From contig NC_043013.1 in assembly GCF_006345805.1 (NCBI RefSeq), positions 47,802,001 through 47,866,000 on the forward strand: DNA of 64,000 nucleotides, read 5' to 3'. The notes beneath the pieces were generated by a model. That model was given only the letters and a program-made list of their open reading frames with translations, did no database searches and was not told where the DNA came from. Origin of the DNA: Octopus sinensis. Its lineage: Eukaryota. Each line of letters opens with the position of its first letter. The first letter of the stretch is position 1. This document shows, in pieces, positions 51,215 through 64,000 of the stretch. Made by a program: the position numbers and the translations under genes.

Positions 51215-51600
51215 ACCTAGACAATACCACCAACATTACAAACACCTCAACAAGCGAAAGCACAACAATCCAGGCCAAGAACATGAACAGCAATCCAAAG
51301 GCATCACAGTTACACAGCCATAGATACAAACAAGAAATTAATAAAGCACACTCAATAATACAAATGAATACAAAATTAATACACCCCCCGCCCCGAACAA
51401 CATCCCTATTCACATAAAAATTATAAAAACAAAGCAACAAACTGAAAACAAAATATCCCAAGGGAATGGGCGATTTCTGTGAAACCATAAACAAAAGAAA
51501 TATCCGAGACTCTTTGACAGAAATTGTGGTCCAGAACTCAGGATGGACTTACATGATGCGATTTATACTGGGAAACAACCTATCTATTAGTTTGTGTTCG
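51215..51600 (+). mobile_element. Possible L1/Tx1 ORF1-like fragment
   Basis: Thr/Asn-rich stretch followed by ..KGMGDFCETINKRNIR.., loosely resembling ORF1 near 2960. Confidence 0.3.
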
Positions 51601-53214
51601 TCGTAAAGTTTATATGATTTAAATTCTTTGATGTTCATTGGTTTGGTGTTATCATGTTGAGAATAATTTTTCCTTAATATATTTAGTTCGTTGATTCCTT
51701 CCTATTATAATTCTAGGATTACAATGTCCTTTTTAGGAGTAACCTCTTTGCTTTCATTCTACAGTTTCGTAACTATAACGAAATACTAATCGTTTACAAT
51801 AATGTCGTTCTTGCAGTAATAAGCAGGTATTGACGTAATGGATATATTATGTTAACGTTTCGCTGCTGCTGACATAAAATAAATATTCACTCTTACTTTT
51901 CCAGTTTTCCCTTAAACAAAACAAAAGTATCCCGTATATATGATACAACCTTTAGCTAAATTACATAAAACTGCCACGTAAATAAGCTTGAATATTTCAC
52001 GGAATTGCACCTATGCGCATGAATTAAGTGATAGGTGATATAAAAAAAAATAGTTCAATTAAAAAATACACTTCACTACACAATCACCACCACCACCACT
52101 ATCATCATCTTTCCCCCTCTCCCTCCTCTTCCTCCTCTCTCCTCTCTATCTCTCCTCTCTCTCTCCTCTATCTCTCTCTTCCGCCTCTCTCTCCCCTCCT
52201 CTCTCTTTCCTCTATCTCTCTCTGTCTTTCTTTAATCTCACTATCAGAACATCACCCCTCTGCTAAAATTACATTATTAACTCTCCTCCCCTACCGTCAA
52301 CTAACTTTTTTTAACTACCTAATAAATATTACGTTCCCTCTACCTCACGTCATGAACGCTTCTCTTTCTCTTTTTCTCTCTCTCCCTCTTTCTCTCCCTG
52401 TCGTACTATCTTTCTCTCTAGTTATTTCTGTCTCACTCTCGCTCTCTCATTCTATTTTTAGGTATTTATCTTGAATTTATCCTTTGTTATTTTATTATGT
52501 TTACCTTTCTCTGATTACTGCTTTCAATTAACTATCTGTATTTTTATCTAGAGAGTAAACCAGAACATGTTAGCCCTAAAAATTATATGTACAGTTATAC
52601 CTGACCAATATATGTAACTTTGTGGATGATTCGAGTGTAATTCTTTGTTTTTCCTTCGTGGCACATCCATGAGTTGAGGGGTGCTACGTGTAATTGGGGC
52701 TATGCACTTCATTCTGGAAAAAACCCAGGCACAGCAGAGGGAGTTACTGTCTCTACAATACATCCACCAACGACGGAAGAAGCAAACCGTTTTCTCTGTT
52801 TACTGGTCTTATTTATCTATCTTTCCATTGTTATATCATTCTATTTTCCTTCCATTCTAGCTCTAACACTTTATTTGTTCCTCTTTTCTTTTCGCGTTCC
52901 CCCGCCAACTCTACGTTAACTCTCGAAGGGCTCTTCATTACTCCAGCTCTCTGTCTTTCTCTCAACCCAACTGTACCCATTCCTTCTCTCTTCTCCCCAA
53001 GATCGCCTAAAAGTATTCTTTTGTTTCTCAAAGTTACTTGAATCTTTTGAAATCCTATTTTTCTAAGATTTTAAGATCTATCCAATTAGTGATACTTCGT
53101 GTCTTAATTTTGTCGTAAATCAGGGAACTCTTTCTGTATACGAACTCTTTAAAACTATCCTTGCCCATTTGTTTCTTTCGTTTTATATATATATATAATA
53201 TATATATATATATC

Positions 53215-53470
53215 TTTACTCTTTTTACTCTTTTACTTGTTTCAGTCATTTGACTGCGGCCATGCTGGAGCACCGCCTTTAATCGAGCAACTCGCACATA
53301 TATATACATATATACGACGGGCTTCTTTCAGTTTCCGTCTACCAAATCCACTCATAAGGCTTTGGTCGGCCCGAGGCTATAGTAGAAGACACTTGCCCAA
53401 GGTGCCACGCAGTGAGACTGGAACCCGGAACCATGTGGTTGGTAAACAAGCTACTTACCACACAGCCACT

Positions 53471-53472
<2 letters not shown>
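53215..53472 (-). mobile_element. CORE-type SINE with internal deletion
   Basis: Tail (53215-53290) and head (53312-53472) homologous to the 28258 copy. Confidence 0.8.
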
Positions 53473-53520
<48 letters not shown>

Positions 53521-53761
53521 GTGCACACCTTGTTTTTGTAATTAGCGCGTTTACTTTTCTGTCATTGCTCGTCTACCATGTCTGCTTATCTATATCCAGC
53601 AGCTTATCTTGCTGACATCACCAAACTGAACAAAATTGTCGTAAAGTGTTGAAAATGTAAAGATATTCGATTGACCAGTAATAAAGGATCGAGCATGTTT
53701 ATGTCCATTATGTTTTTTCCTTTTTTCTATTTTTCTGTAAATTCCTATGACGTTCCCCACC

Positions 53762-53835
<74 letters not shown>

Positions 53836-53889
53836 TTTAGGACATCAGTAAGTTGTCCTCATAGTACTCAGAGTTTCAAATGTAGATAT

Positions 53890-53944
<55 letters not shown>

Positions 53945-54045
53945 TAACACAGTACATACATATACCTTTACATATCGGCATGTGTATATTGTGCATATAT
54001 GCCTAATATATGCATATCTATCTATATATCTATCTATTTGTATAT

Positions 54046-54157
<112 letters not shown>

Positions 54158-55659
54158 TAAGCAATAAATCTACTTATGTAAGTCTAATAAATATACGTTT
54201 GTCTCATTGTGCAAATAGATCCCGTGGTTAACCCACACTGAGGTTAAATTCATATTTATGAAACGCACTCACGTGAATGGTATTTATCCACAAACATGTT
54301 ATCTCAGTACTTTATATAAATGTGTGTGTATGTATCTGTGTGCGTATGTGTGTGTGTGTATAACTACATATTTATATACATATATATGCATATTCATATA
54401 TGTGTGTATGCGCCATAGAAAGAGAGAAAGCGCGAAAAAACGATAATGTTGTTAAATTTCTTATATTTGTTATAATAATATAATAATAATCTTGTTTTGT
54501 TGTTAATGCATTTTTACTGTCGTTGTTGTTGTTGGTTATTCGTTGTGTTTTGTTATTTTTTTTCTACTATTTATTCATCAGTTTATTTTGCCAGAATAAA
54601 CGCAAAAAAGACATTCTGTAGAATTAAAATGAAAGATTGATGGCAATGTATGAACATTAAAAACAAACTATTAAGGGCGAAACATTTTCGATCAATGTCC
54701 TAGAAAACAAAACAAGAAAAAATGCTAGAGATGTAATATCGTGGACGGGGACAACTGAAAGTGAGACACTGAGTTTTAATTGATATCTATTCTGTTGTTA
54801 TTGTCAGTCGATCTTATCTATTAGGTTTGTTTATTATGCAAATCTCTTTTTGAGTAATTCATTCCCCTTATCGCTCTATCAAATTTTCCATCTCCTAATA
54901 CCACTTTTTATGCCTTTTCTTTCATATACATATGTTGTCTATACCCTTCAATGTGTGTATATGGGGGCAATATTTCAAAACACACAAACACAGACATATA
55001 CATATATATATATGTGAGTGTGTGAATGTATATATATATATATATATACATAGATATATATATATATATATATATGTATTGACGTGTCTATGTTTTTTGT
55101 ACGTGTCTATCTGTAACTCGTTTTATTTTCTATAGAATTAAATCAACCCCTGAAAAAGTTATCTTCTATATATTTTATACATACAAAACTACGTCTACGT
55201 TTATTTAATATATTCATTTGTCCGCGACTGTAACCCCCACCCCACCCCACTGCTTTTTGTGTATCTACTCTCTTTATCTCTCTTTCTCACTCGCCTTCTT
55301 TCTTTCTCTCTTTCTTTCTTATGCTCATGCACACGCTCTACACATAACGGTATATGTGCGTATACATATTTTAATTGAAATGCGCAAGAACACACACACA
55401 CACAGAAGCAAGTAGGAAATTGCTTACATGCACAAACCCACACACTTTTACATATGTATGTACATATCTCTGTGTGTCTGTGTGAAGAGCAATAATATTC
55501 CTGCTTTTAATTCTAACATCTAAAATTTAAAAGACATATATTTCTATTGTGTCTTGTCTAAATTTCTCTGCGTGTATATATAATATACATACATACATAC
55601 ATACATATATATATATATATCTATATCTATATATATATATATTATATATATATATATAT

Positions 55660-55690
<31 letters not shown>

Positions 55691-56088
55691 ATATAAATCT
55701 ACATGTTTATCTGTACATATATCGATCAGTAGATGTCTGAGTATGTGGTGTGTGTATGTTTGAGGGTATGGTCGTTTAATTATAAAACCCATACATACAC
55801 ACCTGCCCACACACATATATCTCTATATAATATAATACATACAGATAGACAGATAGATAGACAGATAGACAGACAGACAGATAGAGATAGAGAGAGAGAG
55901 AGAGAGAGAGATACACATACATGTTTGTGTACCTATAGATTTATGTATATACATTCATTATATGTATGAGTATGTATATACATAAACACAAGCATGTAAA
56001 TGTATATATGTGTGCATGATGTAATTATGAATACATTCATTTTAATGATCTCTCTTTCTCTCTCCCATTCTTTCTGTCTCTCTCTCCC

Positions 56089-56119
<31 letters not shown>

Positions 56120-56437
56120 CATATATATATGCCTATTTATATATATACACACACACACACATATATATATAGATAAATATATATATATGTATGTATGTAT
56201 GTATGTCTATGCAGACACACAAATAGGTTTTTTTTACCTGTATAAAATGTTTGTATGTCAAAAACTTTTTCTCCCTATATATATATTTATATTTTACATA
56301 AATAAATGATATAATCTGAATAGGCAATTCACGCTTTTTGTAATTGCTACCAATTATATACATATATTTATGTATATGTATATATTTATATATATACACT
56401 GTGCATACGTGTGTATATATATGCGTGTATATATATT

Positions 56438-56468
<31 letters not shown>

Positions 56469-57085
56469 GCACGTATAGGTTTCTGTATGTGCAGAATCAT
56501 GTGTATGTCTATTGTATTTCTCTCTATATATATGTGTGTTAGTATAAGCATTGATACACAGAAGGTGCAAAAATGGAAGTTTTGGATTTGTTTTGTTTTG
56601 GTTGTTACATTCTTTTTTTGATAAATAATAAGGTTGAGTAAATACGGAGGCGTGAATCAATGAAACGAGCATTTTTGCCTTTTTATGGAAAAAATAGGAA
56701 AGAAAAATTATTCGGTGATATAGAAAAAGACGAGGATTACCAGGAGATAAAAAAAAATATTCCTTTATTTTTTTTAACCATTTCACTTAAATAAAAGGTT
56801 ATTAATTGAATATTTGGAAACATGAAAAACGATAGACTACTGAGACAAATCATAGAATTAGGTATTTATTAAATTTGCATAATTATCTAGAATGTTTCAA
56901 TGACACACACACAAATACACATATGTATATTTTTTTTCTGTTCTATTCTTTCGATTTTTCCAACGATTTCGAACATATGAGGGTCTAACAATAGTTTTGC
57001 TATTATGTGTGTGCGCGTGTCTCTGTTTGTGTGTGTGTGTGTTGGTTTCAAATTTTGGCACAAGACCAGTTATTTTGGGTTGGGG

Positions 57086-57248
57086 AAAAATCGATTACAT
57101 CGACCCCAGTGTTCAATTGATACTTGTTTTATCGACCTCGAAAGGATGGAAGGCAAAGTCGACCTCAGAGGAATTTGAACTCAGAACGTGCAGACGACAT
57201 ATCGCTCAGCATTTCTGCCGGGAGCAGTAACGATTCAGCTAGCTCGCC
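57086..57248 (-). mobile_element. SINE (abundant family), partial
   Basis: Body and head motifs in reverse. Confidence 0.7.
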
Positions 57249-57298
57249 TTTTATTTATGTATATATTTTCTTTTTAATATACATATATATATATATAT

Positions 57299-57460
57299 AA
57301 CGGGAAGGTTTATGAAAATAAACAAAAGACGAAGGCAGGTGGAGTTACAAACAAATATATATTAGTATGGGGCTCAGGAATAGAAATAAAACAAGTCTTT
57401 TACGTTTCGAGCCCACATTCTTCGACAGAGATACACAGAAAAGAAACAAGGAGAGAAAAA
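57299..57460 (-). mobile_element. Second copy of the U6-variant hammerhead-like repeat
   Basis: Reverse complement: CTGTCGA-A-GAAT(gtgg)GCTC-GAAAC-GTA-AAAGAC at 57396-57433. Confidence 0.6.
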
Positions 57461-57468
57461 ACTATATA

Positions 57469-57551
<83 letters not shown>

Positions 57552-59169
57552 TAAAAACGGTAAGATAACAAAAGAAAGAAAGAGAGCTCAATATTATGTA
57601 AATAGAGGAATTTATCTATAAAATAATATGTTACAATTACTCAATAGTCAAGATAAAACTCTGAGTTTCAGATGCTGAAGTGGAAATCCACAACACTATC
57701 TCTTCGGTTATCTGGCCATCTGAAAAAACGCTATGAAAAAATACCTTTATATAAAGGGAAATTACCGTGTTATAATTCTGCTACTTATATAAAATAAGCT
57801 TAAAATGTCATAGTAAACACGTAAATATGGCTAGTCATACGCTCACATGTGCGCTAGCGGACCTACGTGCGTACTTATACGTCACTATATCTCATTATAC
57901 CTTTTATTATTTCATATATTTTTATATTTTCACACACAATAATTTTTTCTGTACTTTTCTATCCTGCATTTTTTCCTGTGCCTATATAGACGTGTATATA
58001 GATTCATTTGTACACGTGTGTGAATATGTATGAGTGGGCAGTTTTAGATGTGTGCATGTGTGCGGGATTAAGAATACATATATATATATATAGACGTTTT
58101 TACTTAGTATTTTTCCATTTCTAGGGTGTTTTGGGGTGGGGGCATATGTATATTCATTTTTCGTATATCCGTGTGTGTGTATGCGTATATAGACATGTGC
58201 AGTATGTACGTATATGGGCGCGTGTGTGTATGAGTGCATAAGGGCATGTCCGTATATGAACGTGGTTTTTATGCTTTGTATACTTCCTTATGTTTTTTCT
58301 GTTACCTTTAACCATGGTTTTTCTTGTGCTTGTGCGTATATAGACGTATGTATGAACTTTTACGGTACGCATGTTTGTGTGTATGAGTTTGTATATATAT
58401 GCGTATATATTTGGCGAAAAATGCGAGTGAAGATGTGTACGTTTTCATAGTGACGTATAAGTACGCACCTGGGTCCGCGAGCGCACATGTGAGCGTATGA
58501 CTAGCCATGTTTACGTGTTTACTATGAAATTTTAATCTTATTTTATATAAGTAGCAGAATTATAACACAGTAATTTCCCTTTATATAACGGTATTTTTTC
58601 ATAGTGTTTACTCAGGTGGCTAGATAACCGAAGAGATGGTGTTGTGGATTTCCACTTCGGCATCTGAAACTCAGAGTTTTATCTTGACTATTGAGTAATT
58701 GTAACATATTATTTTATATATATATATACACACACATAAATACATATATATAGTGAATCCAAGCAAAAAAGAACAAACAAGAAAAAACAACAACGCGAGG
58801 ACGTGGTACAAGTACGCTATTATCAGACGGAAAGAAACAGGATTTTTCGTTTCGAGCAAGGCTATTCTTCAGAAATGGAGGAAGGTCCAAAAGAAGGGAA
58901 GATGGAGGAAGAAAATCGCCAACGATACACATGTATGTATGCATGTATGTATGTATGTATGTATGCATGTATGTATGTATGTATGTATGTATGTATGTAT
59001 GTATGTATGTACGTATGTATGTATGAATATATATATACATTCAAATATATAATATATATATATGTGTATGAATATATATATATATATATATTCATACACA
59101 TATATATATATATAATCATATGCATTTTATATATATACCGAGTGTGTGCATATTACATATATGTTACTC

Positions 59170-59850
59170 AACGGCTTTAGAGTTTCGTATTTATGAACCC
59201 TAGCGTATTTTTCTTGTACAAATTTATGAACGTTCATAATATACCTTTGATATATTATACACTGCATAGATTTTTGCTTATATCCATCTAGTGAATTCAT
59301 AAGACGCAACGTTAAAGACAAAGTATGGGTGACTGAACTATACATTCTGATAAGTGGTTCATAATGACGGGATCAAATCTTGTTATTAACACCAGAGTAC
59401 TGAAAATCAGTAGGAAAAATGTAACTCGAAAACGCACCTACAGAAACCGTTGATGCTTATGGCTTTAAATTCAATCCAAGCCGGCTTAAACCTACGGACA
59501 CTAACAACATGCTGTATTAAATCCGAGAGAAAAAGAGTTCATTTAACGAGATATCTCTTATTACATCACCTGACGAGATGCTCTCCACTAAGGGATGCAC
59601 CGTATAGTTTCCCATCCGTGAGGGATCGACGCAGGATGTGTCGAAACGATTGTTGTGAGTAATGAAGTTTCACTTGTATTCCGTTTTCCGTCTCTATCAT
59701 TTATTTTGTACTAAACGTACGCTGAGGAATTCCTGGGGTAGATCCAGCGACAATTATGTAATTACCGTGGCTGATGCCAGGTAGCCATGGACAGTGAACT
59801 TGCTCTATCGAACTACTATGAACGTACCCAGCACTTAAATATATATATAT
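59170..59850 (+). mobile_element. Degenerate Penelope-like 3' end (GIY-YIG tail + pLTR)
   Basis: ..MLMALNSIQAGLNLR resembles the GIY-YIG C-terminal L..L.P.GLN motif and is directly followed by a hammerhead. Confidence 0.45.
59561..59662 (+). ncRNA. Type I hammerhead with canonical core and expanded stem II
   Basis: TTAC(a)TCAC-CTGACGA-GATGC...GTGTC-GAAA-C(gatt)GTT-GTGA GTAA. Confidence 0.65.
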
Positions 59851-60163
59851 TGGTAAAAACGGTAAGATAACAAAAGAAAGAAAGAGACCTCAATATTATG
59901 TAAATAGAGGAAATTTTTCTGTAAAATAATGTGTCAATTATACAAAAGCCAAGATATAAAACTCTGAGTTTCGGATGCCGAGGTGGAAATCTACAACACC
60001 ATCTCTGCGGTTATCTGGCCAACGATACACATGTATGTATGTATGTATGTATGTATGTATGTATGTATGTATGTATGTATATGAATATATATATGCATTC
60101 AAATATATTATATATATGTGTATATATATATATACATATTATATAATATATATATATATATAA

Positions 60164-60210
<47 letters not shown>

Positions 60211-60344
60211 CATTTATATTATATAGAGGGCATTATTACACAGAAATGCCACACGCTAGGAGGGTATTTAAAGTCATAACTACCAAATAAAAAAATCGTA
60301 ACGAATGCAGCTCTCGAAGCAAGACATTTAAAAACAGAATTTAA

Positions 60345-60406
60345 TTCCAGATGACCTGTGATTTCGCAATTAACGTATTATCTACGTCTCTTGCTCTTCA
60401 GTGAAA
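60345..60406 (-). ncRNA. Type I hammerhead with canonical core
   Basis: Reverse complement: TTTCA-CTGAAGA-GCAA..ACGT(agataat)ACGT..TTGC-GAAA-TCAC(ag)GTCATC-TGGAA. Confidence 0.6.
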
Positions 60407-60577
60407 CGAATTCAAAATATATCATGAATGAACAAAACCAACATACCAGGCGGAACCAGACAGACAACCGTCGCCTCCATCGTAGCATATGAAAATGTTC
60501 ACCCCTCATATATTTATGTAAATGGCGGGCTTTTTCGAACTGCATTTTGGTAAGAAACGTGCTTCTTCGGAACAAAT

Positions 60578-60787
60578 TTAAAAAATTGGATAAAATCTTA
60601 ATAAGAAATAATCAGGTAGTTAGCGTGAAAAACCTCATAAAAGAAAAAATCTGTAAATTTTAGTAATAATGCCTTCTATAAATAAATATTTTCAAGTGAA
60701 AAAAATTTACAGATTTTTTTCTCTTATGAGGTTTTTCACGCTAACTACCTGATGATTTCTTGTTAAGATTTTATCCTATTTTTTAAA
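60578..60787. repeat. ~210-bp fold-back / MITE-like inverted repeat
   Basis: Arms ~60578-60662 and ~60700-60787 are reverse complements. Confidence 0.8.
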
Positions 60788-61385
60788 TATATATATAATC
60801 ATATGCATTTTATATATATATATACCGAGTGTGTGCACATTACATATATATTACTCAAGGCCAGATAACCGAAGAGATGGTGTTGTGGATTTCCACCTCG
60901 GCATCCGAAACTCAGAGTTTTATCTTGGCTACCGAATAATTGTCACATATTATTTTACATATATATATATATATATATATATATACGTATGTATGTGTAT
61001 GTATATATGTGTGTGCGTGCGCGCATGTGTGGGTGTATGGGTGTACAGCGCTGCCACTTCATCAATTTAAGTAATTGGAATGGCAGTAAATAAAAGGTGA
61101 ATTCTAAATACTTTATTAACAGTGTGAAGTGAATATCAATTAATTTTCTGTCTGTTCTTTGCACATTCTAAGAAATTGTCCTGAATCTCGCAACTACTAC
61201 ATGGAAACCAAAGTTCTAATCCAAGAATTTCAAGATAATATTAGTTTATTAAGTACTGCAACTAAAAAGAATTTCGTTAATGCAGTTGAAACAACTATGT
61301 ATTTTGCGGTGGTGTGTATATAGTTATGATTCGATACTTTCTTTTCTATAGAGAAGGAGTTCTCTGTTAACTTGTATTTCTATGG

Positions 61386-61715
61386 GCACTCAGAGAAAGC
61401 GAACATCCGCCAAGACAACACCAACGTCCTCTCAACGTTTAGCCGGATATGATTTTTAAAATGAGAATATCTGAAATAAACACGACTGTCCTCACGAACG
61501 AGAATACTAAAAATGAGCCCGACCGCTCTCAAAAATTAAGAATAAGTTGAAAAACCGGAAAAATAATCCAGTACCTTTGGTACCGGATCGATCCCAAAAT
61601 CTAATCAGTTTGTGCCAGTCACGAGGCCAAACAGCTCTGAAAGTTTCATCCGAATCCATCCAGCGGTTCTTGAGATACAGAGACAAACAAACAAACTCGA
61701 CTGAAAAAAATAATG
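61386..61715 (+). mobile_element. Non-autonomous DNA element resembling HINE/DINE-1-type (Helentron-associated) repeats
   Basis: gcactcagagaaagcgaacatccgccaag ... aaaatctaatcagt ... tttcatccgaatccatccag ... acaaacaaacaaac; recognised from recall of similar elements. Confidence 0.4.
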
Positions 61716-63804
61716 TAAATATTTTTTCTACTTTATAAACCTTACTTTCAATTCTGTGAGTCGGAATTTGCTTCTTAACTCTACACTAATCATCTAATAA
61801 ATAGTGCGCGAGTGTCGTTACCCTTTTTTTTCTTCTGTATCATCAAATATAATTTTTCTCCTTTCCTTTTCATGTTTTTCATTAAGAATTGATCTTAAGG
61901 AGGCGAGCTAACAGACTGTCTTTATGTTCTGAGTTCAAATGCCGCCGAGGTCGACTTTGCTCTTCATTCTAGCGAAGTCGATAAAATAAATACCAGTTGA
62001 GCACTGGGGTCGCTCCCACCAAAATGTCTTGCATTGTGCCTATATAAAATGGAATTATTAAAAACTGACTAACAAGTCCTCTTCCACTCCTTGAACGCTT
62101 ACCAAATCCCAATTCCATATAAGATTTTGAAGCTCCATTACACCCAGCTAAAATGAGGTTGGTCTTTGACCATCCTTTTTTGTCTTCTTTTTTTAGCTTC
62201 CCTTATTATCTTCGCTAGTAAAAAAAAAATTAAATTACTTCCCGAACGCGTTCACAAACTTAACTCTCTCCACTCTCTTCCGCATCTTCATCGTTTCCTT
62301 CATCTTTTCTTCCATATTCTTCATTCTTTTTCTTCTCCTTGTCCATCTCTTTCTTTAATGTACATTTTTTCATACTAAAGCCATTTTTCATTTTGCTTAC
62401 TGAACCCCAAACTTCTATTTTTAAATACCACAACTTATTCTTACTACATTGCTCCACTCCCATCGACACATTGAAAGACCCGGCTATATAAACGATATAA
62501 GGAAATTACTTGGTGCTGTCAGACGACGCCAACTACCGGCGAATATTCAAAGTGTGTAAAATTATTAATAACATTTAAGGTCAATAAAATTATTGATTGA
62601 AATTATTGAACACTAAGTGTCAATAAAATTATTAATAACATTTGACTCTACTCTTGCAGTGAGTCTTTTTTTTACGATTACTCTTCATAGATTTTAGAAT
62701 TTTATATTCTATAATTATAAAGCCATCCATTAACTATACCTAGACAATAACAGTGACTTACGGAGTCCATTAATCTTCCGCACCCGACCCACTACAAGTA
62801 GAATCTTGTTTGACACACAAAAAAATAAAATAAAATAACAGTCTTTTTCTTAATATTTTTTCTTATCTTTTATCGGACATGTCAGCAAATTCATTGAATT
62901 CTCACTTAACTGTTTGTTGTCCCTTTCTTCCACTCTCTCTCTCTCTCTTTATCTCACTCTCATTCCCAGCTTGATGTCGACATCTTTCTTGAGAGGTCAA
63001 GCTTTATCATATTGAACATTTAGTGATATTTTATGAACATCTACAAAAAAAAAAGAGAGAGAAAAAAAGCATTTTCTTCACGCCGTAGACTTGACCAAAT
63101 AAAGGGCGGTCGCAAATTGCTTCAAGAAATATTCAACATTCTTTGTTGATAAACAACAGTGATGATTCGCCGCTGCTAATTGCAACAAATCTTTGCATCA
63201 GCAATAATAATGATATTTGTCAGCATTACAAATCAATGGTTACTATTTTCATTCGTATCGCATTCGCTGCCACAATAATTAGCCAAGACTTATTTGTTTT
63301 GAGCGTTATTTTTTGTTCCTTTTTTTCTTTTGTGAAGTGGTTTCACTCTTTGTTAACTGTCATTATAATGGCACACAGTTTCTGTTTTTATCACCAGTTA
63401 ACGACAAGGTAATTAGTCGGAAGCTATCATCCACATCATTTTCGTCATCTTTAACATCATCAACGTCTTCATCATGGGAGTGTTGTTATTGTTGTTGTTG
63501 CTGGTGTTATTATTATTTGTATGTCATTCCATTTTCCTCAATGGACACTAATTTTGGGGGTTATTGTAATCACCTTAGCCTGTGTCAAATATCAAATGTT
63601 CTAAAACATAATTTGTGAGTGTCATGAGCAGTTATTGAGGTTCCGTTAAAACATAATTTGTATGCACCACAAAAACGTTCTACGTCACATTTCTACTCTT
63701 CTATTTTTCTCTATGCCATCTAGTGCGATTATGAGATGTTGCTGGTGCTGGTGTGTTTGTATGTGTATGCTTGTGTTTGAATGAATGTGTGTTCGTGCTT
63801 AAAT

Positions 63805-64000
63805 GAGTGCGTGTGTGTGTATGTGTGTGTGTGTGTGTGCGTGTGTGTGTGTGTGTGTGTGTCTGTGTGTGTGTGTGTCTCTGTGTGTGTGTCTCTGTGT
63901 GTGCGTGTCTGTGTATGTGTGTGTGCCTGTGTGTGTGTCTGTGTCTGTGTGTCTGTGTGTGTGTGTCTGTCTGTGTCTGTGTGTATGTGTGTATGTCTGT
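63805..64000. repeat. (GT)n/(GTCT) microsatellite
   Basis: Direct reading. Confidence 0.95.

Larger units (their letters stand above)
57550..60960. repeat. Cluster of one pLTR-like family in two inverted pairs (57550-57890 / 58440-58740 and 59855-60020 / 60855-60960), each copy with a C4-variant hammerhead-like motif
   Basis: agataaccgaagagat.gtgttgtggatttccac.tcggcatc.gaaactcagagttttatctt occurs four times in alternating orientation. Confidence 0.8.

Overview
Eukaryotic, AT-rich, repeat-saturated genomic DNA with no host gene I can support. The SINE families and the extreme microsatellite density point to an octopus (coleoid cephalopod) genome; this is inference from recognising the repeats. 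Contents: a near-full-length but frameshifted L1/Tx1-clade LINE plus a second truncated copy, both bounded by (GATA)n; R4-clade, RTE and CR1/L2-group LINE fragments; a Penelope-like element (RT + GIY-YIG) with inverted pLTRs; Tc1, mariner and maT (DD37D-type) transposase relics; several MITEs; at least four tRNA-headed SINE families; and one 100-N gap. The most interesting layer is not visible in the ORF track. Read by eye, the window holds about eight distinct families of minimal type I hammerhead-ribozyme-like motifs, several with non-canonical cores (U3-A8, C4, U6). They sit in short non-coding units arranged as tandem or fold-back repeats next to (TA)n tracts. The best example is a 357-bp circularly permuted unit at 18.6-19.5 kb that looks like an octopus retrozyme. 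Separately, three SINE families share their 3' tails with three different LINEs in this same window, including a Tx1-derived tail. No folding, alignment or database search was run; all pairings were read manually. At least two ORF-track entries have the wrong strand.
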